A DNA stretch of 64,000 bases from Gammaproteobacteria bacterium (GCA_015491865.1 WFVD01000004.1:17294-81293); one strand, 5' to 3'. Counted from the first letter of the stretch, positions 35,913 through 45,382 are shown. Notes: generated by a model not told the origin, from the sequence alone. A program made the numbers and translations.

Positions 35913-35930
35913 CTGTAACCTAAGTTACAG
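35913..35930. promoter_or_regulatory. Dyad CTGTAAC-N4-GTTACAG (CRP/FNR-family-like spacing)
   Basis: Perfect 7 bp arms, about 90 bp upstream of the PilZ start. Confidence 0.5.
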
Positions 35931-36203
35931 ATCTCAACCCGCTACTACCCTGCGTACGAAGGGGTCGGCGGTCCGCGACCAGCACCCGGCCAGCCTTCTC
36001 ACCTGCGGGGTCGTTTCGCAGTTCGCATCAAGAGGCGAGACAGAGACCTGGCACAGGCCACAGGCAGGGCGCTACACCACGTTTATTAAGGTGGTTCAAG
36101 GGTCGAACACAATGAGCACGGCAGCTAGATTCAGGTTCACTGGCAGCGCTGAAAACATGATTAACTTACAAGGGAGGGTTAAGCACTCACCGGAGAAGCT
36201 AAT

Positions 36204-36851
36204 TCACAGCAGGTCCATCTTGATGGCGTAATGGGTCAACTCGCTATTGTCCTTCATCTTCATTTTCGCCAGGATACGCGTGCGGTAGGTGCTGATGGTC
36301 TTGACGCTTAGCGACAGCCGCTCACCGATCTGGGTTAATGACTCACCCGACGCAATCAGGCAGAGCACCTCATACTCACGGTCTGAGAGGGTGCTGTGGG
36401 GCGCAGCCAGCGAATCTCCCTCAAGAATGTCGAGCAACATATCCGCTGTATTCTCAGAAATATAACGCCCCCCATTTGAGACCTTTGCTACCGCTTTAAG
36501 CAGCTCATCAGTCACCGCTTCTTTATTAATATAACCATTTGCGCCGCCCCGAAAGGCTCTCAGTGCATACTGGTCGGAGGCGTGAATACTCAGCACCAGC
36601 ACCGGCGTTTCGCAGCCATCGGCACGTACCCGCTTCAGCACGTCGATGCCACTTTTGTCAGGCAGCGAAATATCCAGCAGGATGACATCATACGCTTGCT
36701 CTTTGATCTTTTTAATCGCATCGATCGCGCAATCAACCTCACCGACATCGACGTCGGGCATCCCTTCATTCAGAATCTGCTTGAGGCCTGCACGCACAAT
36801 GGCGTGGTCATCTACGATCAATACCTTATTTAACTTCATCAGAGCTACCAT
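36204..36851 (-). CDS. NarL/UvrY-family response regulator
   Basis: LIVDDHAIVRAG, LLDISLP, GYINK, LuxR HTH LSDREYEVL...SVKTISTYR. Confidence 0.93.
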   Translation of the reverse strand: MVALMKLNKVLIVDDHAIVRAGLKQILNEGMPDVDVGEVDCAIDAIKKIKEQAYDVILLDISLPDKSGIDVLKRVRADGCETPVLVLSIHASDQYALRAFRGGANGYINKEAVTDELLKAVAKVSNGGRYISENTADMLLDILEGDSLAAPHSTLSDREYEVLCLIASGESLTQIGERLSLSVKTISTYRTRILAKMKMKDNSELTHYAIKMDLL

Positions 36852-37941
36852 CTCTTATGGGGATTGAAAGTTTAACAAGCGTTCCACTACCAGGACTAGA
36901 GAGCACCTCAATTTCGCCACCCATCACGAGTGCTCGCTCACTCATACTGATAACCCCAAAGGAATCCTTGTTTCGGCGCCTATTCATATCAAAACCGCAG
37001 CCATCATCAAAAATTTCAACCATAAGCTGCTCACCCTCATCCATTACGCTCACAGCAACACGGCTGGCCCCTGCATGTTTTGCAATATTATTGAGCGCTT
37101 CCTGAAAAATCCTGAAAATTGAGATATCGTAATCCTTGTTTTCAAAGCTAAAGTCGTCACAATTCCGATCCAGCTCTACATTGACATCGTTGCGTTTTCC
37201 AAACGCCTCCAGCTGCCACTCAATAGTCGCGATCAGGCCGAGGTCATCGATCATACTAGGGCGCATCTCGGTGATAACCTGACGCACCGATGCAATGGCA
37301 CCATCGATCAATTTTGTCATCCCGGCGAGCTTCTCATCCGCCTCGCTGTTCTGGCCTCCCAGTTTTCTGATCAGCCATTTTAGGTCAATTTTCAGGGCGG
37401 CCATACCACTGCCAAGATCATCATGCAGATCACGTGCAAAACGTTCACGCTCATCTTCTCGTGCATTCTGTAGATGTGCGGCCAGCCGCCTGAGCAAGCG
37501 CCTTGATGACTCTAGCTCACGATTGGCAACCTTCTGTTTACGCACCAGGTCATAGGCTGTCATCGCATTTCTGACTGAAGATGGCAGCCGCGCCAGATTG
37601 TCCTTCATCACATAATCGAAGGCTCCAGCCTTTAATGCATCGATGGCTACTTTCTCATCGATCATCCCTGAAACAACCAGCAGCGGGATCTCCTGCCCAC
37701 TCTCATGCAGCACCTCCAGCGCACGTGAAGAGGAGAAGCCGGGCATGAAGTGATCACATACCACCACATCCCAGCTGTTATCAGCCAGCTCGCTTTTCAG
37801 CGCTGCTTCACTGCAGATCATCTCGCAGTTGACATCAAATCCATCTGTACGAAGATATTCAGTGATCAGCACCATGTCGCTCTCTGAGTCTTCAATAAGA
37901 AGTAGATTAATCTTCACCCTTTCACCTGTCCAATTCACCAA
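36826..37941 (-). CDS. Cytoplasmic REC-HisKA_3-HATPase hybrid kinase
   Basis: LLIEDS, CDHFMP, DYVMK receiver; ERERFARDLHDDLG, QEALNNIAKHA, DDGCGF; start may be GTG 37917. Confidence 0.92.
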   Translation of the reverse strand: MVNWTGERVKINLLLIEDSESDMVLITEYLRTDGFDVNCEMICSEAALKSELADNSWDVVVCDHFMPGFSSSRALEVLHESGQEIPLLVVSGMIDEKVAIDALKAGAFDYVMKDNLARLPSSVRNAMTAYDLVRKQKVANRELESSRRLLRRLAAHLQNAREDERERFARDLHDDLGSGMAALKIDLKWLIRKLGGQNSEADEKLAGMTKLIDGAIASVRQVITEMRPSMIDDLGLIATIEWQLEAFGKRNDVNVELDRNCDDFSFENKDYDISIFRIFQEALNNIAKHAGASRVAVSVMDEGEQLMVEIFDDGCGFDMNRRRNKDSFGVISMSERALVMGGEIEVLSSPGSGTLVKLSIPIRDGSSDEVK

Positions 37942-38003
37942 AACCTGCTAACATTCATACCTGCTTATTCAATAACGGCGGCTAGAAACCGCATGGCGAG
38001 CAC

Positions 38004-38462
38004 ATGCCGGACGTTTCGATGATAACCCAAAACAAGTTGAGCAAGTCGCCCAGATTGATATTACTCATTGAAGATAATGATGACGATATTTTGTTGACGA
38101 AAATGGCAATCAACGATATCGCTGCCCCTCCTGACCTGCTTGTGATAAAGGATGGAAAGGCAGGGCTTGATTACCTGCTAGATGAGTCCACCAGAGAACC
38201 CTCATTAACACTACTGGATCTCAAGCTGCCAGCCATCAACGGGCTGACTGTCGCTGAAAAGATTTCGGAAAATGAGCGGCTCAGAAGAATCCCGCTGGTT
38301 GCGCTCACCACATCACTGGAACCCGGTGATATCAGTCGCTGTTACGACGCAAACATCAACAGCTATCTACGTAAACCCGTTGACTTTGATGAATTCAGAT
38401 CCTTAATTAATAAGACAATCGAATATTGGCTTGAGCTAAATATTCCGCCCTCCGGCAGATAA
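38004..38462 (+). CDS. Single-domain response regulator (Rcp1-like)
   Basis: ILLIEDNDDD, LLDLKLP, LTTS, NSYLRKPVDF, YWL tail. Confidence 0.9.
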   Translation: MPDVSMITQNKLSKSPRLILLIEDNDDDILLTKMAINDIAAPPDLLVIKDGKAGLDYLLDESTREPSLTLLDLKLPAINGLTVAEKISENERLRRIPLVALTTSLEPGDISRCYDANINSYLRKPVDFDEFRSLINKTIEYWLELNIPPSGR

Positions 38463-38476
38463 CTCCCCCCCTGCTG

Positions 38477-40303
38477 CTACACCTCTGCTTCGTGCGGATT
38501 CGACAGGGTAAAATAGAAGGTCGCCCCCTCTCCAGGGCTGGAATCTGCCCATACCCTGCCACCGTGACGCCGAATAATGCGGTGTACCGTGGCCAGCCCG
38601 ATTCCACTCCCCTCATATTCACCCGCCTGATGAAGCTGATGGAACGGAAGAAACAACCGCTCAGCATAGGCCATATCAAACCCTTCACCATTATCGGCGA
38701 CGAAATAGGTCTCCTGCCCGCCTTCCGGGACAAACATCCCCACTTCAATATAGGCATCTTTTCGTTTTCGGGTAAACTTTAGCGCATTGCTCAACAGGTT
38801 ATAGAGAACAACATCCATCAAATGACAATCGGCAGTGGCATGCAACCCTTGCTGGATTTTGACACTGGCCTGATAAGGTTTCTCTGCAGCTTCATTAATC
38901 CGCTTATATACCTGAGCTGCGAGCTCCGTCAGATTACAGTCTGAAAGAACGATCCCCTCCCGTACATAGCGAGCGAGGTTTAACAGGCTGTCGATTAGCT
39001 CACTCATTCGGTTACTGGAAGCACGAATACGGGCCAGGTAATCCTGACCATCTTCATCCAGAGACGCTTTATACCGCTCAGTTAACAGTGAACTAAACCC
39101 ACCAATCGCCCGGAGAGGTCCTCGCAGGTCGTGCGAAACTGAGTAGCTAAACGACTCCAGCTCCTTGTTGATCTCATTGAGCTCGCGGTTATTACGAATA
39201 AGGGAGTGGTTCAGCGCCTCAATCTTCTTTTCATAATTATTACGCTCGGTCATATCACGAATCGTGGCGACTGCCATCAGATCACCGTTCAATGTCACGC
39301 TATTAAGTGAGATCTCGACAGGAAACAATTCCCCCCCTTTACGAACCGCTTCTAATTTAGTCCCGATACCCAGCTCACGCGGTGACGGGTTTAGCAAATA
39401 GTTGTCAAATAATTTACGATGATTTTCCTGGATCTGCTCTGGCAGAAGGCAACTAATGTTTTTCCCTGTAAGCTCTTCCTTCTGATATCCAAACATCTCT
39501 TTGACTGCACTATTGATCCAGACAAAGCGTGACATTTTATCAACCGTAATCACACTATCTGAAAGGCTGTTAAGGATATTCTCGAGCGCCTCTTTATTCT
39601 CCTCCGCAATGATCTTTGATTTCAAATACTGACGGTTGACCATCATCACTATATAGAGCAGAAAAATGACAGCAGACACCAATAACACCAGCATCAGAAT
39701 AATCAGCCCAATCGTATTATCTGTCTTTTCCCGAATGGCACCAATCTCATTATTGGTGTGTGTGATCACATAATTTGATAGAGCGCTCAATGCATTTAAC
39801 GCGGGCATATCATCAACATAAACCAGCCTGTCCAGCGCTTTCGCATCGATACCTGCTGCGATCTTCTCCCTGGCTAGCTCCAGCTTCGCCACATATTGCG
39901 CCATCACACCCTGAATAATGTAATAATGCTCCTGCAGCTCAGCCGCTGTCGCCTGGCTTCTATTCATCTCTTCGTTTCCAACGGTAACCCTGTACCTCTC
40001 AAGATCTTCCAGCATCGCATCCATATTACGTTCAACTTCTTTCAGCAGTGCATCATCCTGACGAAGAATATAATTCTTAAAGTTATGAATAAAACCGCCA
40101 TAACCCATATGACTATAAAGACTGGCGATTACTTCTGATTCACGGCCAAGATGGGTTGAATAGCTATCCCAGTCTGCCTCAACCTTTTTAATGCGATCGA
40201 CCAGTAACACGCCACCAGCACCAAAAACAAAGACCAACAACAAGGCAACAGATCGCAACATAGTAGACTGGGTATTAATTACCGACCGCTCACCTTTAAA
40301 CAT
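38477..40303 (-). CDS. Membrane sensor histidine kinase with periplasmic domain and PAS
   Basis: Two TM segments, PAS (FPVEISL...RDMTER), FSYSVSHDLRGPL, NLLSNALKF, DNGEGF, GSGIGLA. Confidence 0.93.
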   Translation of the reverse strand: MFKGERSVINTQSTMLRSVALLLVFVFGAGGVLLVDRIKKVEADWDSYSTHLGRESEVIASLYSHMGYGGFIHNFKNYILRQDDALLKEVERNMDAMLEDLERYRVTVGNEEMNRSQATAAELQEHYYIIQGVMAQYVAKLELAREKIAAGIDAKALDRLVYVDDMPALNALSALSNYVITHTNNEIGAIREKTDNTIGLIILMLVLLVSAVIFLLYIVMMVNRQYLKSKIIAEENKEALENILNSLSDSVITVDKMSRFVWINSAVKEMFGYQKEELTGKNISCLLPEQIQENHRKLFDNYLLNPSPRELGIGTKLEAVRKGGELFPVEISLNSVTLNGDLMAVATIRDMTERNNYEKKIEALNHSLIRNNRELNEINKELESFSYSVSHDLRGPLRAIGGFSSLLTERYKASLDEDGQDYLARIRASSNRMSELIDSLLNLARYVREGIVLSDCNLTELAAQVYKRINEAAEKPYQASVKIQQGLHATADCHLMDVVLYNLLSNALKFTRKRKDAYIEVGMFVPEGGQETYFVADNGEGFDMAYAERLFLPFHQLHQAGEYEGSGIGLATVHRIIRRHGGRVWADSSPGEGATFYFTLSNPHEAEV

Positions 40304-40434
40304 AGTTTCCGCTCCAGTAAGAAAAATATGAGTCGCACAAAGCGCTCAATACGTGCCGCCATCAGAAAAGCAGTGTACAGTATCACTCGAATGAAACCAG
40401 CGCGCTAATATGTGCTGCGAAATGGAGAAAATTA

Positions 40435-41226
40435 ATGGCAAAGCAAGAGCAGTTACTGACTATCGATATCGATTCGCGTGGTGTCTGCACTTTGGCGCTA
40501 AATATCCCGGAAAAGCACAACGCCTTTAATGGCAAGGTGATTGCCGCATTACGAACAGCACTTGATGAACTTGAGCAGAACCAGCGTGTACGCATTTTAG
40601 TGCTAACAGGTAACGGTCATACATTCTCCAGTGGCGCAGATCTGGACTGGATGAAAGCGGCAGCCGACCGAGATGAGGCGGCCAATCATAAAGACTCTGA
40701 GGCACTCGCGCAGCTAATGCGTGTCTTATATGAATATAAAAAACCCACCGTTGCCCGCATAAATGGCGGAGCTTACGGCGGCGCACTCGGCCTGATCGCC
40801 TGTTGTGATATCGCCATTGCAACACGTTCAGCGCAGTTCGCCTTTACTGAGGTCCGTTTTGGGCTGGTGCCAGCCGTCATCGCACCATACATTCTTAAGG
40901 CAATTGGCGAACGCCATACACGCAGCCTATTCCTCACCGCTGAACGTTTCTCAAGCAGTTTTGCAGCAGCGATCAATTTTATTCATCAGGTTGCTGATGA
41001 CGATGCACTTGACAGCGCAGTCAATCAGGTCACCGAGAGGCTACTTAAGGCGGGGCCTCATTCCATTCAGGCGTGTAAACAGCTGATTCGCTCACTCACT
41101 ATCGAAGCCAACGCAGAATCATCGGCAAAGCTGATCGCACAACTGCGCACATCAAAAGAGGGCCAGGAGGGGATGGCTGCGTTTTTTGAAAAGCGCGATC
41201 CATCATGGGTAAACCACTACACCTGA
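40435..41226 (+). CDS. Enoyl-CoA hydratase/isomerase, methylglutaconyl-CoA hydratase-like
   Basis: FSSGADLDWM, GGALGLIACCD, FTEVRFGLVPAVIAPY, EGQEGMAAFFEKR. Confidence 0.88.
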   Translation: MAKQEQLLTIDIDSRGVCTLALNIPEKHNAFNGKVIAALRTALDELEQNQRVRILVLTGNGHTFSSGADLDWMKAAADRDEAANHKDSEALAQLMRVLYEYKKPTVARINGGAYGGALGLIACCDIAIATRSAQFAFTEVRFGLVPAVIAPYILKAIGERHTRSLFLTAERFSSSFAAAINFIHQVADDDALDSAVNQVTERLLKAGPHSIQACKQLIRSLTIEANAESSAKLIAQLRTSKEGQEGMAAFFEKRDPSWVNHYT

Positions 41227-41251
41227 TTGTCTGCTAAACAGGTTTAGCGCC

Positions 41252-42634
41252 TCACATCAGAAAAACTCGAAAAGAACGCCCTTTTACCTTGCCACTGTTT
41301 AACCTGGCCAGTGCCTGGCTGGCAACCTTTCGACTCACCGCCACATAGGCCCACTGGTCGAAGATCTGAATCTTTCCCACCTGCTTGCCATCAATGCCAT
41401 TGTCACCCGTGAGTGCCCCTAGAATATCGCCAGGCCTCACCTTCTGTTTTTTACCGCCGCCAATCTGCAGGGTTGCCATCGCTGGCTGATAGACAGGTTT
41501 ATCCCGCAGATTAACGGACGGCAACGCTTCAATAGCAATTGAATGACCAAGATACGCCTCAAGGCGTTCGATCTTATACTGCTCTTTTTCACTATACAAT
41601 GTGCATGCAATGCCGCGGCTACCGGCTCTTCCAGTTCGTCCCACACGATGAATATGAACTTCTAAATCGTTAGCCACGCGGTAGTTGATCACGGCATCAA
41701 GCGCACCGATATCCAGCCCGCGCGCAGCGACATCCGTCGCCACCAGTATTGAGACACTCTTATTTGAGAAGCGTACCAGAATACGGTCGCGCACTTTCTG
41801 CTCCAGGTCTCCATGCAATGCTAGCGCACTAAAGCCCAGCGCATGCAGCGATTCGGCAACCTCCTGTGTCTCTTTTCTGGTGTTGCAAAACACCAGCGTA
41901 GAATCCGGGCGATAGTGCTGTAACAACAGCCGCAACGCAGTAAAGCGTGATGCACCCTCATCGACCTTAAACAGAAGTTGCTGGATAGTGCTGCTGCCGT
42001 GTGTCGCTTCAACCTGCACCACCACTGGCTTGTTCATGATGCGTTTAGCGATCGACTTAATTTCGTCTGGATAGGTCGCACTAAACAACAGGGTTTGACG
42101 CCCTTTGGGAAGGCTGTCAATGATCGCATCGAGCGAGGATTGAAAACCCATATCGAGCATTCGGTCTGCTTCATCCAGCACGAGTGTGTGCAGACTATCG
42201 GGCGTTAACGTTCCTCGGCGCAGATGCTCTTCCACTCGTCCCGGTGTCCCAACAACAATATGGGCACCACCCTCCATTGGCCCTCGCTGCGCCTTAAACG
42301 GGATACCGCCACAGAGGGTTAACACCTTAATGTTCTGGATCGACCGGGCCAGCCTGCGAATCTCTTTCGCCACCTGATCGGACAGCTCCCGCGTCGGACA
42401 CAACACCAGCGCCTGCACCCGGAACCGCTTTATATCCAGCTTCTCAAGCAACCCCAGACTAAATGCAGCCGTTTTACCTGAACCCGTTTTTCCCTGGGCG
42501 ATAACATCTTTACCAGCCAGAATGAGAGGAAGGCTCTGCGCCTGAATCGGTGTCATCTCAAGATACTCAAGCGAGGCCAGATTCTCGATCAGGGCGGATT
42601 GAAGTGTCAGGGATGAAAAAGCGCTCTCATTCAT
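41252..42634 (-). CDS. dbpA: ATP-dependent RNA helicase DbpA
   Basis: GSGKT, PTREL, DEAD, SAT, HRVGRTGR; C-terminal RBD GGKKQKVRPGDILGAL. Confidence 0.95.
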   Translation of the reverse strand: MNESAFSSLTLQSALIENLASLEYLEMTPIQAQSLPLILAGKDVIAQGKTGSGKTAAFSLGLLEKLDIKRFRVQALVLCPTRELSDQVAKEIRRLARSIQNIKVLTLCGGIPFKAQRGPMEGGAHIVVGTPGRVEEHLRRGTLTPDSLHTLVLDEADRMLDMGFQSSLDAIIDSLPKGRQTLLFSATYPDEIKSIAKRIMNKPVVVQVEATHGSSTIQQLLFKVDEGASRFTALRLLLQHYRPDSTLVFCNTRKETQEVAESLHALGFSALALHGDLEQKVRDRILVRFSNKSVSILVATDVAARGLDIGALDAVINYRVANDLEVHIHRVGRTGRAGSRGIACTLYSEKEQYKIERLEAYLGHSIAIEALPSVNLRDKPVYQPAMATLQIGGGKKQKVRPGDILGALTGDNGIDGKQVGKIQIFDQWAYVAVSRKVASQALARLNSGKVKGRSFRVFLM

Positions 42635-42690
42635 ACGATGTTCCCGGCAGTATAGCCGTCAGTGGTTATTGATCAGCACATCTGACCAAC

Positions 42691-42723
42691 AAAAAAGGGC
42701 AGAACCAATAGGCCCTGCCCTTT
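42691..42723 (-). terminator. Intrinsic terminator after cold-shock gene
   Basis: Minus strand AAAGGGCAGGGCC-TATT-GGTTCTGCCCTTTTTT. Confidence 0.85.
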
Positions 42724-42784
42724 CTGTTTTCACTCCAGCACTGGAGCGAGACTGGCCTACATCGCAGACCAGCAGCGATAAAAA

Positions 42785-42991
42785 CTAGATCGCTACGATA
42801 TTCTCAGCCTGAGGGCCTTTCTGCCCCTGGGTCACGGTGAATTCAACCTGCTGACCTTCGGTAAGGGTTTTGAAACCGTCACCTGAAATCGCGCTGAAAT
42901 GAGCGAAGACGTCTGGACCAGACTGCTGCTCGATAAAACCAAAACCTTTAGATTCGTTGAACCACTTAACGGTACCGGTAGTTGTAGACAT
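42785..42991 (-). CDS. Cold-shock protein (CspA family), 68 aa
   Basis: [15 protein letters not shown]1 KGFGFI, RNP2 DVFAHF; AGGA RBS before ATG 42991. Confidence 0.96.
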   Translation of the reverse strand: MSTTTGTVKWFNESKGFGFIEQQSGPDVFAHFSAISGDGFKTLTEGQQVEFTVTQGQKGPQAENIVAI

Positions 42992-43155
42992 AGTTATATT
43001 CCTAATTAAAATTTGAGTAATTTCAGCCATCCCCAAGTCAGAGAAGGCCATTTGTTGAGAAGTGCTGCTATTACTTATGGTAATCAGGACGAGAACTAAT
43101 ACAGGACATCGAAATGGTTGTGCATAAATGTAAGACGAACTTTCAAGCAGTTATA

Positions 43156-43183
43156 ATTATATAGACGATTCCCTTGTTGTCAA
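43156..43183 (-). promoter_or_regulatory. Consensus sigma70 promoter of the csp gene
   Basis: Minus strand TTGACA (43183-43178), 16 bp, TATAAT (43161-43156). Confidence 0.8.
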
Positions 43184-43270
43184 CGTCTATTAGCGGATAA
43201 TAGTATCGGCTTAACCACTCTGAACCAGCACCTTTCTCGAAAAACCAGCATAAGAAGGAGAACCGTCATC

Positions 43271-43714
43271 GTGGGACTTCTATTGGCCATCGCCATCAAA
43301 CATAAAAAACGAGGCACCATGTGTGAGCTGAATCATGCACAGGTCACCACCACATCAGGTGTCGCCAATGACTTTCGCGGCAAGCCGGGCGCAAGACAGG
43401 TCACCCTGCTAACGCGCGAAGGCTGGCTGGCAGCCTGCAAAGAGAATAGAGTGGAATACCCCTGGCTGGCACGACGAGCCAATCTCTATATTGAAGGGGT
43501 AAATCTGTATGAATCAAGCGGAAAGTGCCTTACCATCGGCCAGCTACAGCTACTGATTACCCAGGAAACAGAGCCGTGCAGTCGCATGCGAGAGGTAGAC
43601 AACACTCTGTTTGACGCCCTGAATAAGGAGTGGCGCGGCGGTGTCTGCTGCCGCGTTATTCAGGGCGGATTTATTACGATCGGCGACGCGGTGGAGATAA
43701 CCGATGTACGATAA
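43271..43714 (+). CDS. MOSC domain protein
   Basis: RQVTLL, RRANL, ETEPCSRM, WRGGVCCRV..GG.I.IGD; AAGGAG RBS before GTG. Confidence 0.85.
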   Translation: MGLLLAIAIKHKKRGTMCELNHAQVTTTSGVANDFRGKPGARQVTLLTREGWLAACKENRVEYPWLARRANLYIEGVNLYESSGKCLTIGQLQLLITQETEPCSRMREVDNTLFDALNKEWRGGVCCRVIQGGFITIGDAVEITDVR

Positions 43715-44267
43715 CAGTAGCACGGCCAGGGTAATTGCTGAAACGCGTCGCTGGCTTCAACAGATCGTGCTCCACCATAACCTCTGCCCCTTTGCCCACA
43801 AACCTTTCCAGCAGGAGACGATCCAATACATCGTCTGCCTGGAAAAAGAGCCTGAAGCGGTAATAGCCGCATTAATTGAAGCGCTGTTGCAGCTGCACGA
43901 CAGTGATATCACTGTGATCGAGACCACCCTTTTCATCACCCCCAACTGCTTTAACGGTTTCGATGAATACAATGATTTCCTGACTGTTGTCGACGCGCTC
44001 ATCGAACAGCTTAACCTGGAAAGCGTCATTCAGGTCGCCAGTTTCCATCCAAATTACCAATTTGCCGACCTCGGGGCCACTGATGTGCGTAATTTCACCA
44101 ACCGCTCACTCCACCCCCTCTTTCATCTGATCCGGGAAGCAAGTGTCAAGCATGCGCGTGCGACACATCCAGATGTGCTCAGTATTCCCCAAACCAACAT
44201 GGAGCTGCTAAAGCGGCAGGGATTAGAAGTAACATTAAGCGAGATCGAGCATTGCCGCCTTAAATAG
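43704..44267 (+). CDS. DUF1415 family protein
   Basis: WL..IV...NLCPFA, QVASFHP.YQF, NFTNRS..P..HLIRE. Confidence 0.85.
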   Translation: MYDNSSTARVIAETRRWLQQIVLHHNLCPFAHKPFQQETIQYIVCLEKEPEAVIAALIEALLQLHDSDITVIETTLFITPNCFNGFDEYNDFLTVVDALIEQLNLESVIQVASFHPNYQFADLGATDVRNFTNRSLHPLFHLIREASVKHARATHPDVLSIPQTNMELLKRQGLEVTLSEIEHCRLK

Positions 44268-44301
44268 AGACGACCGAGAGCCAGGTTTCATTCAGCGATG
44301 A

Positions 44302-44781
44302 TCAATCCCTGGGGCGATATTTAAGCTGCATCCCCATCAAAAAATTGCGTAACACCTGGTCCTGGCATTCACGATAATTTTTATGTGAAGGCTTCCTGAA
44401 AAAAGCGCTCAACTCATGCTTGCTGAGGCGGACTTTTGTTAATGCAAGGAGCTCCAGCGTATCATCCGCGCTCAAATTCAGTGCGATTTTCAGCTTTCTA
44501 AAAATGATATTATTATTTAAACGTTTCTCTGGTACTGGTTGTTCACCCTCTCTTCTCCCGCGCCGTTCATTGATCAAACCGTTAAGAAAGAGTGCCAGCT
44601 GCAAATCGCTGCACACCTTAAAGGCGGGATCATCATCGGCCTTCAACCACGCGCTCACCTGCTCACGCGTCACCTCAAGATCTGCCTGCGAAAATATCGC
44701 CATCATCTCTGAATCATTAAAATCAAAGGTATAACGTATACGGCGTAAAACATCATTATTGGTCACAGATCGTTCCTGCAT
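44302..44781 (-). CDS. yehS: DUF1456 (YehS) family protein
   Basis: NNDVLRRIRY, FLNGLI..RRG, NNIIFRKLKIAL, ELSAFFRK, YRECQDQVLRNFL; start may be GTG 44763. Confidence 0.88.
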   Translation of the reverse strand: MQERSVTNNDVLRRIRYTFDFNDSEMMAIFSQADLEVTREQVSAWLKADDDPAFKVCSDLQLALFLNGLINERRGRREGEQPVPEKRLNNNIIFRKLKIALNLSADDTLELLALTKVRLSKHELSAFFRKPSHKNYRECQDQVLRNFLMGMQLKYRPRD

Positions 44782-44902
44782 TAATTTAAGGTAGCGCTGA
44801 TTTTATCAGTTTTTTCAGTATCCGCCTCACCCAGCTTCACCAGATGAACTGCCAGCACACCTGCCGATAATTGCACAATACCAAAACGATCAGTATATCC
44901 CA

Positions 44903-45382
44903 CTATGCTTCGGCTCCCTCTAGTGGCTCCACCATTAGTAACTCACGATCTATCCCATCAACACCAACTACCCTCACCTTCTCTCCCGCCTCACAATCAG
45001 CACCTCGTATCCTCAGGGTCACCCCCTGAATCGTAAATTGCCCATTGCCATTTACAATCGGCTGTTCCAGTGTAATCACATGCCCGATTAAGCGATCTAC
45101 ACGCAGCACCATCTTTGGTTCCTCATCACTCGCCGTCTCAGCCCCGCTCTTCCGCTCTCCTATTACCAATGTGGTCAAAACAACACCCAGCATCGCAACA
45201 GCAAAGAAAAGACCAACCTGATACATCACCGGAAATTCGGGGTAAAACCAAAGAACCCCCCCCACCACGGTTGAGGAGATGGCCACCCAGGCCGGCTTAC
45301 TATTTGAAAAATAAAATGCAAATGTACAGGCCAGTAGTGTAATAACCCACCAGTGCCACTGTTCCAACATAAATCCCGTCAT
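44903..45382 (-). CDS. NfeD-like (YbbJ type) membrane protein
   Basis: WHWW N-terminus, three hydrophobic segments, C-terminal OB fold LIG...L..PIVNG.G...G.KVRVVGVDG. Confidence 0.75.
   Translation of the reverse strand: MTGFMLEQWHWWVITLLACTFAFYFSNSKPAWVAISSTVVGGVLWFYPEFPVMYQVGLFFAVAMLGVVLTTLVIGERKSGAETASDEEPKMVLRVDRLIGHVITLEQPIVNGNGQFTIQGVTLRIRGADCEAGEKVRVVGVDGIDRELLMVEPLEGAEA

Noticed and set aside
35913..35930. GacA box
   Set aside because: Spacing is TGTAA-N6-TTACA, two bases shorter than the TGTAAG-N6-CTTACA GacA consensus.
36043..36065. Further MITE end remnants (GAGACCT here and at 63595)
   Set aside because: Matches are too short to distinguish from chance.
35931..36203. 6S RNA or Csr/Rsm sRNA
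   Set aside because: GGTTCAAGGG resembles part of 6S, but the paired CCTTGAACC arm and ygfA context are missing; there are too few GGA motifs for Rsm.
42992..43051. N-terminal extension of the first Csp (88 aa ORF)
   Set aside because: The RBS and family N-terminus support ATG 42991; the extension is 5' UTR.
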